Assembly (NCBI GenBank): GCA_009937525.1 | Contig: JAACFE010000029.1 | Span: 1,778 to 25,777 of the forward strand | Length of the DNA: 24,000 bases | Direction of reading: 5' to 3' | Source of the DNA: Gammaproteobacteria bacterium | Lineage (GTDB): Bacteria > Pseudomonadota > Gammaproteobacteria > Steroidobacterales > Woeseiaceae | Notes under the pieces: generated by a model | What the model saw: only the letters and a program-made list of their open reading frames with translations | The model's database searches: none | Told to the model about the DNA's origin: nothing | Part shown: positions 16,866 through 24,000 of the stretch, in pieces | Layout: each line of letters starts with the position of its first letter | Numbering within the stretch: the first letter of the stretch is position 1 | Made by a program: the position numbers and the translations under genes

Positions 16866-17170
16866 TCTTCGTTTTCGAAGTGCAGGTCCGACCCGGTCAC
16901 ACTGCGGAGGCCTATGCCGAAGCCTGGGTACGCGCGAGCGAGATCATCCAGCGGGCGCCGGGCGCACGCGGCACTCGGCTGCATCGCAGGATCGGGGACG
17001 ACCACAGGTTGCTCGCGATCGCGAGCTGGGACAGCAAGGCGCAACGGGATGCAATGGAGGCGAACCCATCGGCCGAAGTGCAGCGGATCATCGCCGAGCA
17101 GGCCGAGTTCGTCGACGTCCGCGTGATCGGAGAGTTCGACGATCCCGACTGGATCGTCAATCCGCGGTAG
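16862..17170 (+). CDS. ABM (antibiotic-biosynthesis-monooxygenase-like, ferredoxin-fold) domain protein, 102 aa
   Basis: The ATG at 16862 overlaps the yccF stop (ATGA). MIFVFEVQVRPGHTAEAYAEAWVRASEIIQRAPGARGTRLHRRIGDDHRLLAIASWDSKAQRDAM fits the ABM pattern: beta1 with a PG turn, and ...W.S.EA. It lies inside the longer listed ORF 16418..17170. Confidence 0.65.
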   Translation: MIFVFEVQVRPGHTAEAYAEAWVRASEIIQRAPGARGTRLHRRIGDDHRLLAIASWDSKAQRDAMEANPSAEVQRIIAEQAEFVDVRVIGEFDDPDWIVNPR

Positions 17171-18011
17171 GCACGCCTTCGAGCCAGCAGATCACCTCGT
17201 CCCAGATCGGCTCCGCACCCCGGCGGAAGAATCCCATGTGGCCGATCTTCTGGAGACCGTAATCGGCGGGCACCAGGTGGCGCCGGGTCACGTGCGAATA
17301 GGCGCGCATCATGTCATCGACGGCACGCGGTGTGCCCCAGTCGTCATCATCGATGCTGTAGGCGAGTACCGGCGCATCGAACGCGTCATAACGCTCGAGC
17401 GGCAGAGTCTCGTCGCCGAGCAGGTAATCCGGATCCCGGCACCAGCGTGCCCATTCGAGCGCAACTCCGGCGGGCAGGTTCTCGCCTGCCGCAAACAGGC
17501 TCCATGGGAAATAGCCGAATAACCGGGTGAGGACGGGGATCAGGGCCGTCACGGCGATTCGGGCCCGGTATCTTTCCGAGCCTCCCTGCACGCCCCAGTA
17601 GCCGCTTTGCGCCGATACGCCAACCATGGCCGTGATGCGTCGCGGCCCCTCGATCATCCCGATACCCTGGCCGCCGAAGCTGTGACCGACGGAGAAGATG
17701 CGCCTCGGCTCGAACTCCGACGACAACCAGTCGATGAGTGCCTGCATGTCGATCATTGCCCAGTCACGCATCCGCGCCCCGAATCCACGCAGCTTCGGCG
17801 GGGCCGAGCCGCCGATGCCGCGATAATCGTAGGTCACGGTCGTCCATCCATGGTCGCGCAGGTATGCCGCGAAGTATTTATAGAACTGGCGCGGCACACC
17901 GGTTGCCGCGTTGACGAGCACGACCGTATCGGACCCGGGAGTCTCGAACAGGCTGGCCGCGAGCGCATGGCCCCGGGCGTCGATGCGGTGTTCGGCGACG
18001 TCCCGGCTCAC
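17157..18011 (-). CDS. alpha/beta-fold hydrolase
   Basis: The listed ORF (17157..18266) overlaps the upstream gene. I prefer the GTG at 18011, which overlaps the upstream stop (GTGA). VVLVNAATGVPRQFY, the nucleophile elbow SVGHSFGGQ, and later D/H-containing blocks (YSIDDDDWGTPRAV, IGHMGFFR) are consistent with a Ser-Asp-His triad. Confidence 0.8.
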   Translation of the reverse strand: MSRDVAEHRIDARGHALAASLFETPGSDTVVLVNAATGVPRQFYKYFAAYLRDHGWTTVTYDYRGIGGSAPPKLRGFGARMRDWAMIDMQALIDWLSSEFEPRRIFSVGHSFGGQGIGMIEGPRRITAMVGVSAQSGYWGVQGGSERYRARIAVTALIPVLTRLFGYFPWSLFAAGENLPAGVALEWARWCRDPDYLLGDETLPLERYDAFDAPVLAYSIDDDDWGTPRAVDDMMRAYSHVTRRHLVPADYGLQKIGHMGFFRRGAEPIWDEVICWLEGVPTAD

Positions 18012-18955
18012 ACCTTGTTCGGCCTGATTCGTTTGATCAGGTATTGCGCGCCGACAAGCACACCGCCAACGACGACACCGGTGATGCCGTTGAAGACCAG
18101 CGATGCCAGATCCGAGAACAGCTCCCTCGCGACCGGCAAGGTGTGTGCAAAATCTTCGATATCGTGCAGCCATTCTGCGAGCAGCGGCAGGCCGTGCGCG
18201 ATGATGCCGCCGCCGACCAGGAACATCGCTGCTGTACCCAGCACGGACAGGGACTTCATCATCCACGGCGCGAAGCTGAGGATCATCCCGCCGAGCCGCC
18301 TTTGCGCCGCAGCGAGCCGTGACTCACCGGCCTTCTCCATGAAGTGCATGCCGACGTCGTCGAGTTTGACGATGCCGGCGACGAGCCCGTAGACGCCGAT
18401 GGTCATGAGCGCGGCGATCAGTGTCACGACGCCGATTCGAACGGCGAGTTCTGCCTCCTGGACCGTCCCGAGAGCGATAACGATGATCTCCGCCGACAGG
18501 ATGGCATCCGTGCGTATCGCGCCACGGATGCGCTGCTTCTCGAACTCCGCCATGTTCACCCGGCGATCGGCAACCGCCTGGACTCGCCTGGCGTGATCCT
18601 CTTGTTCCTCCTCGCGCGAGTGCAATAGACGATGTGCGACCTTCTCGAAACCTTCGTAGCACAGGAATGCGCCGCCGATCATCAGGAGCGGCGTGATGAT
18701 CCACGGGAACACGGCGCTCAGGATCAGCGCCGCCGGCACCATGATGAGCTTGTTGACCGCCGAACCCTTGAACACCGCCCAGACGACGGGCAGCTCGCGA
18801 TCGGCCCGGACGCCGGTGACCTGTTGCGCGTTCAGGGCAAGATCGTCGCCCAGCACGCCGGCCGTCTTCTTCGCGGCCACCTTGGTCATCAGCGACACGT
18901 CATCGAGAATCGTGGCGATGTCGTCGAGGAGGGTTAGCAGGCTGCCGGCGGCCAA
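18008..18955 (-). CDS. yedI: DUF808 (YedI-family) inner-membrane protein
   Basis: MAAGSLLTLLDDIATILDDVSLMTKVAAKKTAGVLGDDLALNAQQVTGVRADRELPVVW... closely parallels the E. coli YedI N-terminus as I remember it. Several TM segments. GGAGAA RBS. Confidence 0.85.
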   Translation of the reverse strand: MAAGSLLTLLDDIATILDDVSLMTKVAAKKTAGVLGDDLALNAQQVTGVRADRELPVVWAVFKGSAVNKLIMVPAALILSAVFPWIITPLLMIGGAFLCYEGFEKVAHRLLHSREEEQEDHARRVQAVADRRVNMAEFEKQRIRGAIRTDAILSAEIIVIALGTVQEAELAVRIGVVTLIAALMTIGVYGLVAGIVKLDDVGMHFMEKAGESRLAAAQRRLGGMILSFAPWMMKSLSVLGTAAMFLVGGGIIAHGLPLLAEWLHDIEDFAHTLPVARELFSDLASLVFNGITGVVVGGVLVGAQYLIKRIRPNKV

Positions 18956-18987
18956 GGTGTTCTCCGTCGTTGAGTCAGGTTACGCGA

Positions 18988-19326
18988 TCACTGGTCGGAG
19001 CAAGATGCCGCCAGATCGTACTGGGTGCGAATCTCGCCGATTTCCCCGAGTGCTTCGTCGAGGCGCGCTTGCGCGACCGCCGTATCGCTGATTTCGCGGT
19101 CCTTATCCACGATATCGGGCAACAGGGCAGCTGCCGCATCCGTTTGCTGGCGGTCGGCCTCTGTCAGCACCTCGACCCAGAGGCCGGCCAGGGCTCCCGT
19201 CCCCGCCCCTTTCGCCGCGCCCTGGGCAGCGTAGCTGTCACTCGCGCAGCCGGATTGGCATAGCAGGGCGCCCGTAACGACCAGTGTGCCAAGGAGAGTC
19301 CGGACTTTGATCGTTGTTTCAAACAT
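18988..19326 (-). CDS. small lipoprotein of unknown function
   Basis: ORF 18988..19374. I prefer the ATG at 19326 because AAGGAG lies 6 nt upstream. That start gives MFETTIKVRTLLGTLVVTGALLCQSGC/ASDS, a lipobox-like SGC. No family recognised. Confidence 0.6.
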   Translation of the reverse strand: MFETTIKVRTLLGTLVVTGALLCQSGCASDSYAAQGAAKGAGTGALAGLWVEVLTEADRQQTDAAAALLPDIVDKDREISDTAVAQARLDEALGEIGEIRTQYDLAASCSDQ

Positions 19327-19400
19327 CACTGGCTCCTTCGTCGATTCAGATGGGCTCGCCTCGCCGAACACCATAAGGTGCCTGTGGGCATCTTGTTACG

Positions 19401-19826
19401 TCACTCGGAATCGCGGCCCACTGGGTAAGGAAGCTTGACGTGCCCCCATCGCACGACGAGAACAGCCACCGCGATCAACAGGATACTCGCGGCGATAGCG
19501 ATCACCCGCAGCGCTTCCATGTCCTTGATGTCGATAATCAGGTAACGCGCGATGGCGACAATCGCGATATAAAGCGGCATCCTGACCGGCAGCTTGCCGG
19601 ATTCCCAGTAGACCTTGACCATGGTCACGGTCTCAACGTAGATGAACATGAGCAGCAGGTCCGTCAGCATGACGCTCCGCTGCACCCACATGTGGTGGAT
19701 CTCGACAGCCCCCGCAACCATCGTCGCCAGGAGGATGATGCTGAGGCCGATGTCCTCGACGAGCCGGGCGACGCGAATGCCGTGGCGCCTGATGTCGCTG
19801 TGGACGTGCTGGGTCGTATTGGTCAT
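19401..19826 (-). CDS. psiE: PsiE-family (phosphate-starvation-inducible) membrane protein
   Basis: LLLMFIYVETVTMVKVYWESGKLPVRMPLYIAIVAIARYLIIDIK aligns by eye with E. coli PsiE [42 protein letters not shown]. Length (141 aa) and TM pattern are similar. The start lies only 9 nt after the upstream stop. Confidence 0.8.
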   Translation of the reverse strand: MTNTTQHVHSDIRRHGIRVARLVEDIGLSIILLATMVAGAVEIHHMWVQRSVMLTDLLLMFIYVETVTMVKVYWESGKLPVRMPLYIAIVAIARYLIIDIKDMEALRVIAIAASILLIAVAVLVVRWGHVKLPYPVGRDSE

Positions 19827-19835
19827 TGGTCTATT

Positions 19836-21998
19836 CTACCGGCTATTCTTCAGGACATTAATGCCGAGTACGCCCATGTCCATGCCGTCGAACACGGGAA
19901 AGCCCTGGCGCTCGAAGACGGACTTGTAGCTCTGGTAAGGCATACCTGCGTCGATAACGACGCCGATAAGACGTCCGGTCGATTGCGCCAGCGACCTGAG
20001 CCTCGCCGCGAACGCCTCCGCCTGTGTCAGCTGGTGGGTGTCGAGCTGTTCCGACAGCGGCACCAGACCGAGCATGACGACACCGGCGCCGAACCCGATC
20101 ATGGCTTCGACGCAATCGAAATAGACATCCTCGTCGGCCATCGGCGTGAGGTCCAGCGGGTTCGATGCGGCGACGAGTCCCTGCATGCCATGACGCTCCA
20201 GGATAGCGGTAAGCGCCGCACGGTCGTCTTCGCCGAAGCGGTACAGGCGATCGGTGTCAGTGTCACCGAGTGTGTCGACGCTGCCGACGGTTTCGTAGCC
20301 TGCGTTCGTGACGATCGCCAGCTTGCCCAGCTCGCGCAGCTCGGGGTACGCCGACATCCATTTCAGGACCGCGTTGAACTGGTTGAACGACTCGGTGAGT
20401 ATCGCGCCAGCTTTGTGCAAAAGCCTTTTCTGTACGTGGTAGTCGCCGGTCATCGCACCCGTGTGACTCTCGGCCGCGGTTTGCCCGAGCTGCGAGCGGC
20501 CGCCCTTGTAGATGATAACGTGGCGATTCTCCGCCCTGAACTGCTCGACCAGCTTCGCGACCGCGCAGGCGTCGCCGCCGACAAAGCCTTCGACGTAGAT
20601 GCCGAGCACGCGCACCGATTTGTCTCGCGCAACCAGCGCCATGAAATCCGACAGCTTCATGTCCAGCTGGTTGCCGATCGAGAACCCGTACTTGAGATTC
20701 AGGTTCGAATGGCGCGACAGTCGTGTTATCAGGAACGCGCCGCTCTGGCTGATCAGTGCGACGTCGGATTCCGGTGCGAACTCGACGTTCAGCTTGCTTT
20801 GGGGGATGAAAAGGCTGTTGAGCTTCAGCGGCGACAGCAACATGCCGAGGCCATTGGGGCCTACGATCGCAGGGCACCATTCGCCTTTTTGCCGTCGTGA
20901 GTCGATGAGCGCGGACAGCCGTTCGCCGAAGCCTTCTTTGTCGGCACCGTCACCGATGCCGCCCGCGACGATGTAGACGACCGCAGCGCCGCCGCCCTGC
21001 TCGCACAGCGTTTCGATCATCGGCACGCATCGGGTTGCGGGTAAGGCGACAATCAGTATGTCGACCGGATCGTCCGCCAGCGCGGCAACGTCGGGCACGC
21101 AGCGAACGCCGGCAAACTCATCGACGCCCGGTTTTATGACCAGCAGACCCTCGTCGGGCAACGACGACTTGCGAAGATTCTCGAGTATCAGGCCACCGAC
21201 GCTTCCGGCTTTCGCCGAAACACCCGCAAGGGCGATACGCCGTGGATTGAGGAAGCTGTCGTCCTGAAGCGGGACCGGGCAATACTCTTCCTGCGCATCG
21301 GCGGAGCGCAGGCCGACGCCGTCCAGAGCGACGAACTCGCCCGTGTCGTCGATGACCACCGGGTTCATCTCGAGGAGGCCCAGCTGCTCATTCGCCATCA
21401 GTTCATCGAGCTTCCAAAGCTTCTCGAGAAGATCGAGCAGCTTGTCGCGGGTTGTGAGCGCCGTTTGCTGGCGGGCTTCGCCGAGCAGGATCCTGCCCAG
21501 CCAGTGCCCGCAGAGTTCTTCCAACGCTTCCTCCGGTGTATACACGGAAGTCGGCCATACGAGCAGGGACTGCTTCAGTTCCCGCGCCCAGTCCTCCGTC
21601 AACAGGCCGCCGAAACCGAAACTGATTATCGCTCCGCAACACTGATCTCTCTGCAGACTAATGAAGATCTCGCTCGGTGCGTGCCTGGCGCGCCTGAACC
21701 CGACATTCTCCGCGATCAGGGTTCCGAGCCACTCGAATCGCGGGCCGACCTTCTCATGCATTTCGCTGTGCTTTGCTGCAACGGCACCGCTGTCGAAATC
21801 ACAAAACGCCAGGGCGCCATATTCCGACTTGTGCCACAGGTCCCGGGCGAGTCCCTTGACGACGACGGGCTCGCCTTCCTCGAACGGCGCATCGGCGACC
21901 TTGCTCTCGTCATCGGCCAGGAAATGCCGCGGCACCTTCATGCCGACGGCGGACAGGTATCCGTAGACTTCGTGTTCCGGGATGAAAGCGCTGGTCAT
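19836..21998 (-). CDS. ADP-forming acyl-CoA synthetase family protein (NDP-forming, succinyl-CoA-synthetase-like) with the ATP-grasp part at the N-terminus
   Basis: N-terminal EHEVYGYLSAVGMKVPRHF...VVVKG...MNPVVI is ATP-grasp-like. Next come a CoA-binding Rossmann region (NPRRIALAGVSAKAGSVGG), ALISQSGAF, and the phosphohistidine loop AAESHTGAMTG. A second flavodoxin-like ligase-CoA domain follows (LAIVTNAGYETVG...LIGVVIDAG). The ATG at 21998 overlaps the upstream stop (ATGA). Confidence 0.85.
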   Translation of the reverse strand: MTSAFIPEHEVYGYLSAVGMKVPRHFLADDESKVADAPFEEGEPVVVKGLARDLWHKSEYGALAFCDFDSGAVAAKHSEMHEKVGPRFEWLGTLIAENVGFRRARHAPSEIFISLQRDQCCGAIISFGFGGLLTEDWARELKQSLLVWPTSVYTPEEALEELCGHWLGRILLGEARQQTALTTRDKLLDLLEKLWKLDELMANEQLGLLEMNPVVIDDTGEFVALDGVGLRSADAQEEYCPVPLQDDSFLNPRRIALAGVSAKAGSVGGLILENLRKSSLPDEGLLVIKPGVDEFAGVRCVPDVAALADDPVDILIVALPATRCVPMIETLCEQGGGAAVVYIVAGGIGDGADKEGFGERLSALIDSRRQKGEWCPAIVGPNGLGMLLSPLKLNSLFIPQSKLNVEFAPESDVALISQSGAFLITRLSRHSNLNLKYGFSIGNQLDMKLSDFMALVARDKSVRVLGIYVEGFVGGDACAVAKLVEQFRAENRHVIIYKGGRSQLGQTAAESHTGAMTGDYHVQKRLLHKAGAILTESFNQFNAVLKWMSAYPELRELGKLAIVTNAGYETVGSVDTLGDTDTDRLYRFGEDDRAALTAILERHGMQGLVAASNPLDLTPMADEDVYFDCVEAMIGFGAGVVMLGLVPLSEQLDTHQLTQAEAFAARLRSLAQSTGRLIGVVIDAGMPYQSYKSVFERQGFPVFDGMDMGVLGINVLKNSR

Positions 21999-22465
21999 TC
22001 GGAACCATGGCCGCCGGTAAGCGATACCTCGCCGGAATCCCTGACGCGGATCGACGGTCGCAGTGCGCCGGGATCCAGCTTCGCTTCGAAACTGTAGCTG
22101 AGGGTATCCTTCCCGCTCGACATCAGGTCACGAATCAGGCCGACACCGGCGAACAGGTCGGCTGACGCATGGAGCGTAATGTCACCCTCGCCGTAGCCGT
22201 CGATCACCGGCAACTCGTTGCCGACGCCCTTGATCAATTCATGCCCTTCGAGGCTCACCGTGTAAGACACGCCGACGAGCTTCAATGCCTCGCGGTTCGG
22301 GTTGACGACGTGCAGGTCGATCTCGAACTCGGGCAACATCCCCTCTGACGGAATCGCCCGAACTGCCTTGACGGTAACCGTCGGGGTTTCGTAGCCGGGC
22401 CTCATACCGCCGCAGGCCGCCAGCAGGACTGCAACCGTGACACAAACGATTATCAAACGTGGCAT
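21995..22465 (-). CDS. LEA_2 (late-embryogenesis-abundant type 2 / water-stress domain) lipoprotein
   Basis: MPRLIIVCVTVAVLLAAC/GG is a lipobox. PTVTVKAVRAIPSEGMLPEFEIDLHVVNPNREALKLVGVSYTVSLEGHELIKG matches the bacterial LEA_2 (LEA14-like) beta-sandwich pattern. Confidence 0.75.
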   Translation of the reverse strand: MPRLIIVCVTVAVLLAACGGMRPGYETPTVTVKAVRAIPSEGMLPEFEIDLHVVNPNREALKLVGVSYTVSLEGHELIKGVGNELPVIDGYGEGDITLHASADLFAGVGLIRDLMSSGKDTLSYSFEAKLDPGALRPSIRVRDSGEVSLTGGHGSE

Positions 22466-22647
22466 CGAGAACTCCCCTGGTTGGCCGCATCGGCAACCGT
22501 CTGCTCCGCTGCATCCGCCGCCTCGTCGACTATGGCCGATCCGGGCGGCAATGCTGATCGAACCGCATTCTACCGGGATTGGTTCGGGTTTGGCGCGGCC
22601 GACAGGATGCCCGCTCGTCCATGCCCGCGCCCGAGATGACGTCTTCA

Positions 22648-22695
22648 GGACACAGAATGTAACAAATTGAACACACTTCGAAACTCCCGGGAAAC
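22648..22695 (+). promoter_or_regulatory. copy 4 of the 48-bp operator, inverted relative to copies 1-3 and facing the plus-strand gene that starts at 22772
   Basis: The reverse complement of 22648-22695 is GTTTC ccggga GTTTC gaagtgtgttcaattt GTTACA ttct GTGTCC. Offsets are the same (0, 11, 32, 42). 76 nt separate it from the ATG at 22772, close to the 78 nt of copy 1. Confidence 0.55.
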
Positions 22696-22771
22696 AAAGT
22701 TGCGATAGGCTCAGCCTGAACCGGTAGATAGGTGTCGTCGGCCACCAGCCATCGAATGGAGGGACGCTGCT

Positions 22772-24000
22772 ATGCGAATCACATTTCTACCGCATCTTTG
22801 GATGCTGCTTCTCTGCGTATCGAGCCAGGCGGAAGCTCCCCAGACCGAACTGCTTTTTGCGCCGGACGCCGTCAACCTCACCCCCGCAGTGGGCACGACG
22901 GCCAATAAGGCGCGTTTACTGAGACTGACGGATGGAACCCTGATAGCAGCCTGGCACGAGGGCGTGGACGTGGCTCACGGGGCCTGGAGCCTCGATGGAG
23001 TCGTTTATGCGCCCCGAGATATTTTCATTGTTGCCTCGCCGGACGGCGGGGCCTCCTGGAGCAATCCGCTCAATGTCTCGAATACTGCGAGCCTGACTGA
23101 CGCGTCGGTCTTCTACGACAGAAACGGGGACGGCACAGGCCTGGCCAATTATCCGGGCGACTCTGACAAGGCGACCATTTTCGCTTCGGGCAAGAACCTC
23201 GTCGTCACGTGGAATGACACGTACTGTGGCGACGGCATTCACGGCCCGGCACGGTACCAGGGCTCTCTGGGAATGATCGAGGTACCGTATCACTGCCTGT
23301 ACGCCGCACGCGCGACGGTTTCGTCAGGCAACGTCAAATTGATTGCTGTCAACAGGTTGACGGACGGGACCCGGGACGTCAAAAACGAAATAGCGCGCGG
23401 AACGGGCGCGGGCTTCGCGCTGGCCTGGCAGGAAGATCCAGCCGGTTTGCAGCTGGGTGAGGCTCGCGGAGAAGGTGACGGGGCGAGCGGCGCCAGGGTG
23501 ACCCACGGTACGGACATATGGTACGCGTGGATCATGAAATCGGAGTTCGCGGATGCCGAGAAGTCCTGGCATGGGCCGGTCGCGATAAGTGACAACTTCG
23601 ACTACGACACCGAAACCTTAATCGGCGGCGGGGCATCACGGCCCATCATGGCAATGGCTGGCTCGCCCGCCTATGCGTTGCTCGTCTATGAAGAGACGAA
23701 GAACAGTTCCGGGGTAGACGTCGGCAAGTATGTGCGGTTCCACCAGTTTCCGTTCAACGCTCCGGAAGTATCCGCGGCCGGTGTCATTATCAGTACTCCG
23801 GGCGAAAATGGCCGCCGCGCCCGGATCATAGCGACTTCCACTCCCGGGAAAGCTCACGGTACTCGCATGGTGCTCATGTGGCGGCAGGGCGAGGGCATCC
23901 AGGGTGCGCCCGCTGATTTCATGATGCGGATCGCTTCAGTGCCATCGGGCACGGATCTCGACAGTGTTCCCAACGCGGGCTTCCGCGTGGAAGATCTGTG
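22772..24000 (+). CDS. secreted BNR/Asp-box (sialidase-like beta-propeller) protein, 5' part only
   Basis: Absent from the ORF track because it has no stop inside the window. GGAGGG lies 8 nt upstream of the ATG at 22772. MRITFLPHLWMLLLCVSSQAEA/PQ is a signal peptide. The Asp-box is IVASPDGGASWSNP (SxDxGxxW). I hand-translated 22772-23160 in frame and the remainder was read open to the window end. Confidence 0.8.
   Translation, partial: MRITFLPHLWMLLLCVSSQAEAPQTELLFAPDAVNLTPAVGTTANKARLLRLTDGTLIAAWHEGVDVAHGAWSLDGVVYAPRDIFIVASPDGGASWSNPLNVSNTASLTDASVFYDRNGDGTGLANYPGDSDKATIFASGKNLVVTWNDTYCGDGIHGPARYQGSLGMIEVPYHCLYAARATVSSGNVKLIAVNRLTDGTRDVKNEIARGTGAGFALAWQEDPAGLQLGEARGEGDGASGARVTHGTDIWYAWIMKSEFADAEKSWHGPVAISDNFDYDTETLIGGGASRPIMAMAGSPAYALLVYEETKNSSGVDVGKYVRFHQFPFNAPEVSAAGVIISTPGENGRRARIIATSTPGKAHGTRMVLMWRQGEGIQGAPADFMMRIASVPSGTDLDSVPNAGFRVEDL

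Noticed and set aside
22530-22745. Small ORFs in the 306-nt intergenic region (22437..22670 plus strand, 22530..22745 minus strand), and a weak CGAACC...GGTTCG inverted repeat near 22559-22586.
   Set aside because: No ribosome-binding sites, shadow-like composition, and overlap with the operator. The inverted repeat has a 6-bp stem and a 16-nt loop, too weak to call.

Overview
GC-rich, proteobacterial-looking chromosomal segment. I can support 22 protein-coding genes. Two of them run off the window edges and are therefore missing from the ORF track: 1..1485 (-) and 22772..24000 (+). By eye I found no rRNA, tRNA, CRISPR array, IS element, transposase or integrase. Many long ORFs in the track are antisense or out-of-frame shadows, which is typical of high-GC DNA.

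Layout:
(a) 1-8790: an envelope locus. It has three tandem minus-strand genes for large secreted proteins with poly-Gly/His tracts, a divergent OmpR/EnvZ-type two-component system, and a convergent minus-strand pair. The pair encodes a periplasmic protein with Asp-Arg repeats followed by an outer-membrane beta-barrel.
(b) 8825-13893: a translationally coupled mtnA-like isomerase and class II aldolase. This pair lies tail-to-tail with a YjjI-family glycyl-radical enzyme and its YjjW-family activase. A class II glutamine amidotransferase is divergent from yjjI.
(c) 13989-17170: a TonB-dependent receptor, a YccF-family membrane protein and an ABM-fold protein.
(d) 17157-22465: a tight minus-strand string. 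In order of transcription it is LEA_2 lipoprotein, domain-permuted ADP-forming acyl-CoA synthetase, PsiE, small lipoprotein, DUF808/YedI, alpha/beta hydrolase.
(e) 22772-end: a secreted protein with a BNR/Asp-box.

The most interesting signal is non-coding. A 48-bp composite element with four half-sites at exactly conserved offsets (0, 11, 32, 42) occurs four times. Each copy has the same orientation relative to a downstream gene for a secreted protein: 3236-3283, 5003-5050, 8740-8787 and, inverted, 22648-22695. Three copies flank the two-component system. I read this as the operator of a private, apparently uncharacterised regulon controlled by that system. Its regulated products are Gly/His-tailed and Asp-Arg-rich envelope proteins, possibly cation-binding. 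All family calls come from my reading of the translated sequences; no searches were run.
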